Of a stretch of 64,000 nt of DNA, positions 62,701 to 64,000 are shown in pieces. Positions within the stretch are counted from its first letter, which is position 1; each line of letters begins with the position of its first letter. A model generated the notes under the pieces. The model was given only the letters and a program-made list of their open reading frames with translations. It was not told the origin of the DNA and ran no database searches. This stretch comes from Seison nebaliae (Eukaryota): assembly GCA_023231475.1 (NCBI GenBank), contig JALJEE010000987.1:1-64000 (forward strand). The letters are read 5' to 3'. The position numbers and the translations under genes were made by a program.

Positions 62701-64000
62701 GTTGTTGTTGTTTATTGATATCTAAATATTTTTGTTTTTGTTGTTGTTGTAGTTGTTTAACAGGAGATGTTTGTTTTGTGTCGAATGGATTCGTTGTATG
62801 TTTTTCTTGTTGATTCAATGTTAAATTAGAAATAGCCTTATTCTCATTGAATTGTTTTTCCTGTTGTTCTAATGATGATACATTCGATTTTTTTTCGTTA
62901 TTCAATTTATTATAAATAACATTCATATCATCAATCGAAATATTTTTTTTCATTAATGATGTTGATGGTATCATAGATGATGACTGCTCATTAGTACTCA
63001 AACTTTGATTAGGTGATTTCTTCATAAAATTAGGATTGCTACCATTAGCTAATGGTGAAAAAGATGGTTGTTGTGATTGTTGTTGACCAGATGTTGAAAG
63101 AATTCTTTCACGATTCTTATTAAGAAAAGTTTCTGGAGAAGATTGAATGGTTTGTTGGAATAGTACTTGATCATTATCTGAATTTTTTGATGATGTCGAA
63201 TCACTGATTGTTGACTGATGACTGGATGAAGAATCTGATGTTAATAATGCTTCATCATCCTCATCGTGGTCATGAGTAGGATTTAATAATTCTTCATTCT
63301 CTCCAGGTGATGAACGGTGGTGTATTTTCGATGATTTTATTCGTTTCACTCGCTTCGGCGCCTCATAATCAGAATATTCTACACATTTAGTTAATAATTG
63401 TTCTTTTGGATACATATCTGGTCGAGTTTTCGATAGTATATTTGTATCATTAAATTCTAAATCATTCGCCGAATCATTCATCATCGAACTTTGACTATTT
63501 AAAGAACGATCATTGTTCTTTCTTGATGATGTTTTTGGTGTTGTAGAACTATTTTGAGTTTTAGATAAAGTTGTCGTTAAAATCGAATTCATACTATTAT
63601 CATTAATCGAGTATAATTCATCTTGAATGTGATATGGAGATTTTGCAGCATTTTCTGTCGATTCGCTAATCGATGATTTCAATTTCATTTCTTCAGTTTT
63701 CAATTCAAGATCATTTAAATAATCCACCATTTTCTTACCATCGTCAACTGGTGAGAATGATGTCGATTCAGCTGGAGATCCATCGTTATCTACCAATAAC
63801 AATTGATTTTTCATCGCTAGAGTAATGGAAGAAGAAGATGATGATAATAATAATTGTTCATTCGTTGCAACGGAAAATTTCAATGTCTTACAATTTCTAC
63901 TATACCATTTAGATTTATCACCAATTAACGATGGGTCAATAACTCCAGTAAATATTCTTTGAAATGCAACATTCACAGGATTTAAGAATACTTCAGCAAA
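59744..64000 (-). CDS. MADD: MAP kinase-activating death domain protein / Rab3 GEF (3' part; 5' end outside window), with two alternative last exons
   Basis: [68 protein letters not shown] and [14 protein letters not shown]; eight donors reconstructed. Confidence 0.95.

Noticed and set aside
12737..64000. Alternative genetic code or programmed frameshifting to explain the fragmented ORFs
   Set aside because: Every break examined is resolved by a short GT-AG intron, and long single-exon ORFs translate normally with the standard code.

Overview
This is an AT-rich, gene-dense eukaryotic (animal, probably spiralian) genomic window, not a prokaryotic one. Manual splicing gives about 22 protein-coding genes: a VWC-like fragment, a small Ala/Thr-rich membrane protein, a neuropeptide GPCR, GPR107/108, DDX56, KIAA0930, GPCPD1, two Ig-like membrane proteins, EAPP, NADSYN1, a Zn-finger/vWA protein, PLEKHM1-like, THOC1, a trypsin-fold protease, MOCS3, C7orf57-like, beta-tubulin, an F-box/LRR protein, a coiled-coil protein and the 3' part of MADD. 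Between them lie MULE and Tc1 remnants, MITEs, long palindromes and a tRNA-Ala pseudogene. The strongest signal is the splicing code. Of 50 introns reconstructed by hand, 47 begin GTT and 1 begins GTC, with no consensus beyond +3. Most are 40-70 nt, often U-rich at the 5' end, and about a quarter end in AAG/GAG. The only two canonical GTA donors open a 196-nt intron and an alternatively spliced MADD intron. This suggests two classes of 5' splice site and a modified recognition mechanism. A hairpin-rich non-coding segment at 58.0-58.6 kb is an unexplained ncRNA candidate. All intron calls come from reading-frame and homology reasoning, with no RNA data, and the species cannot be determined from the window alone.
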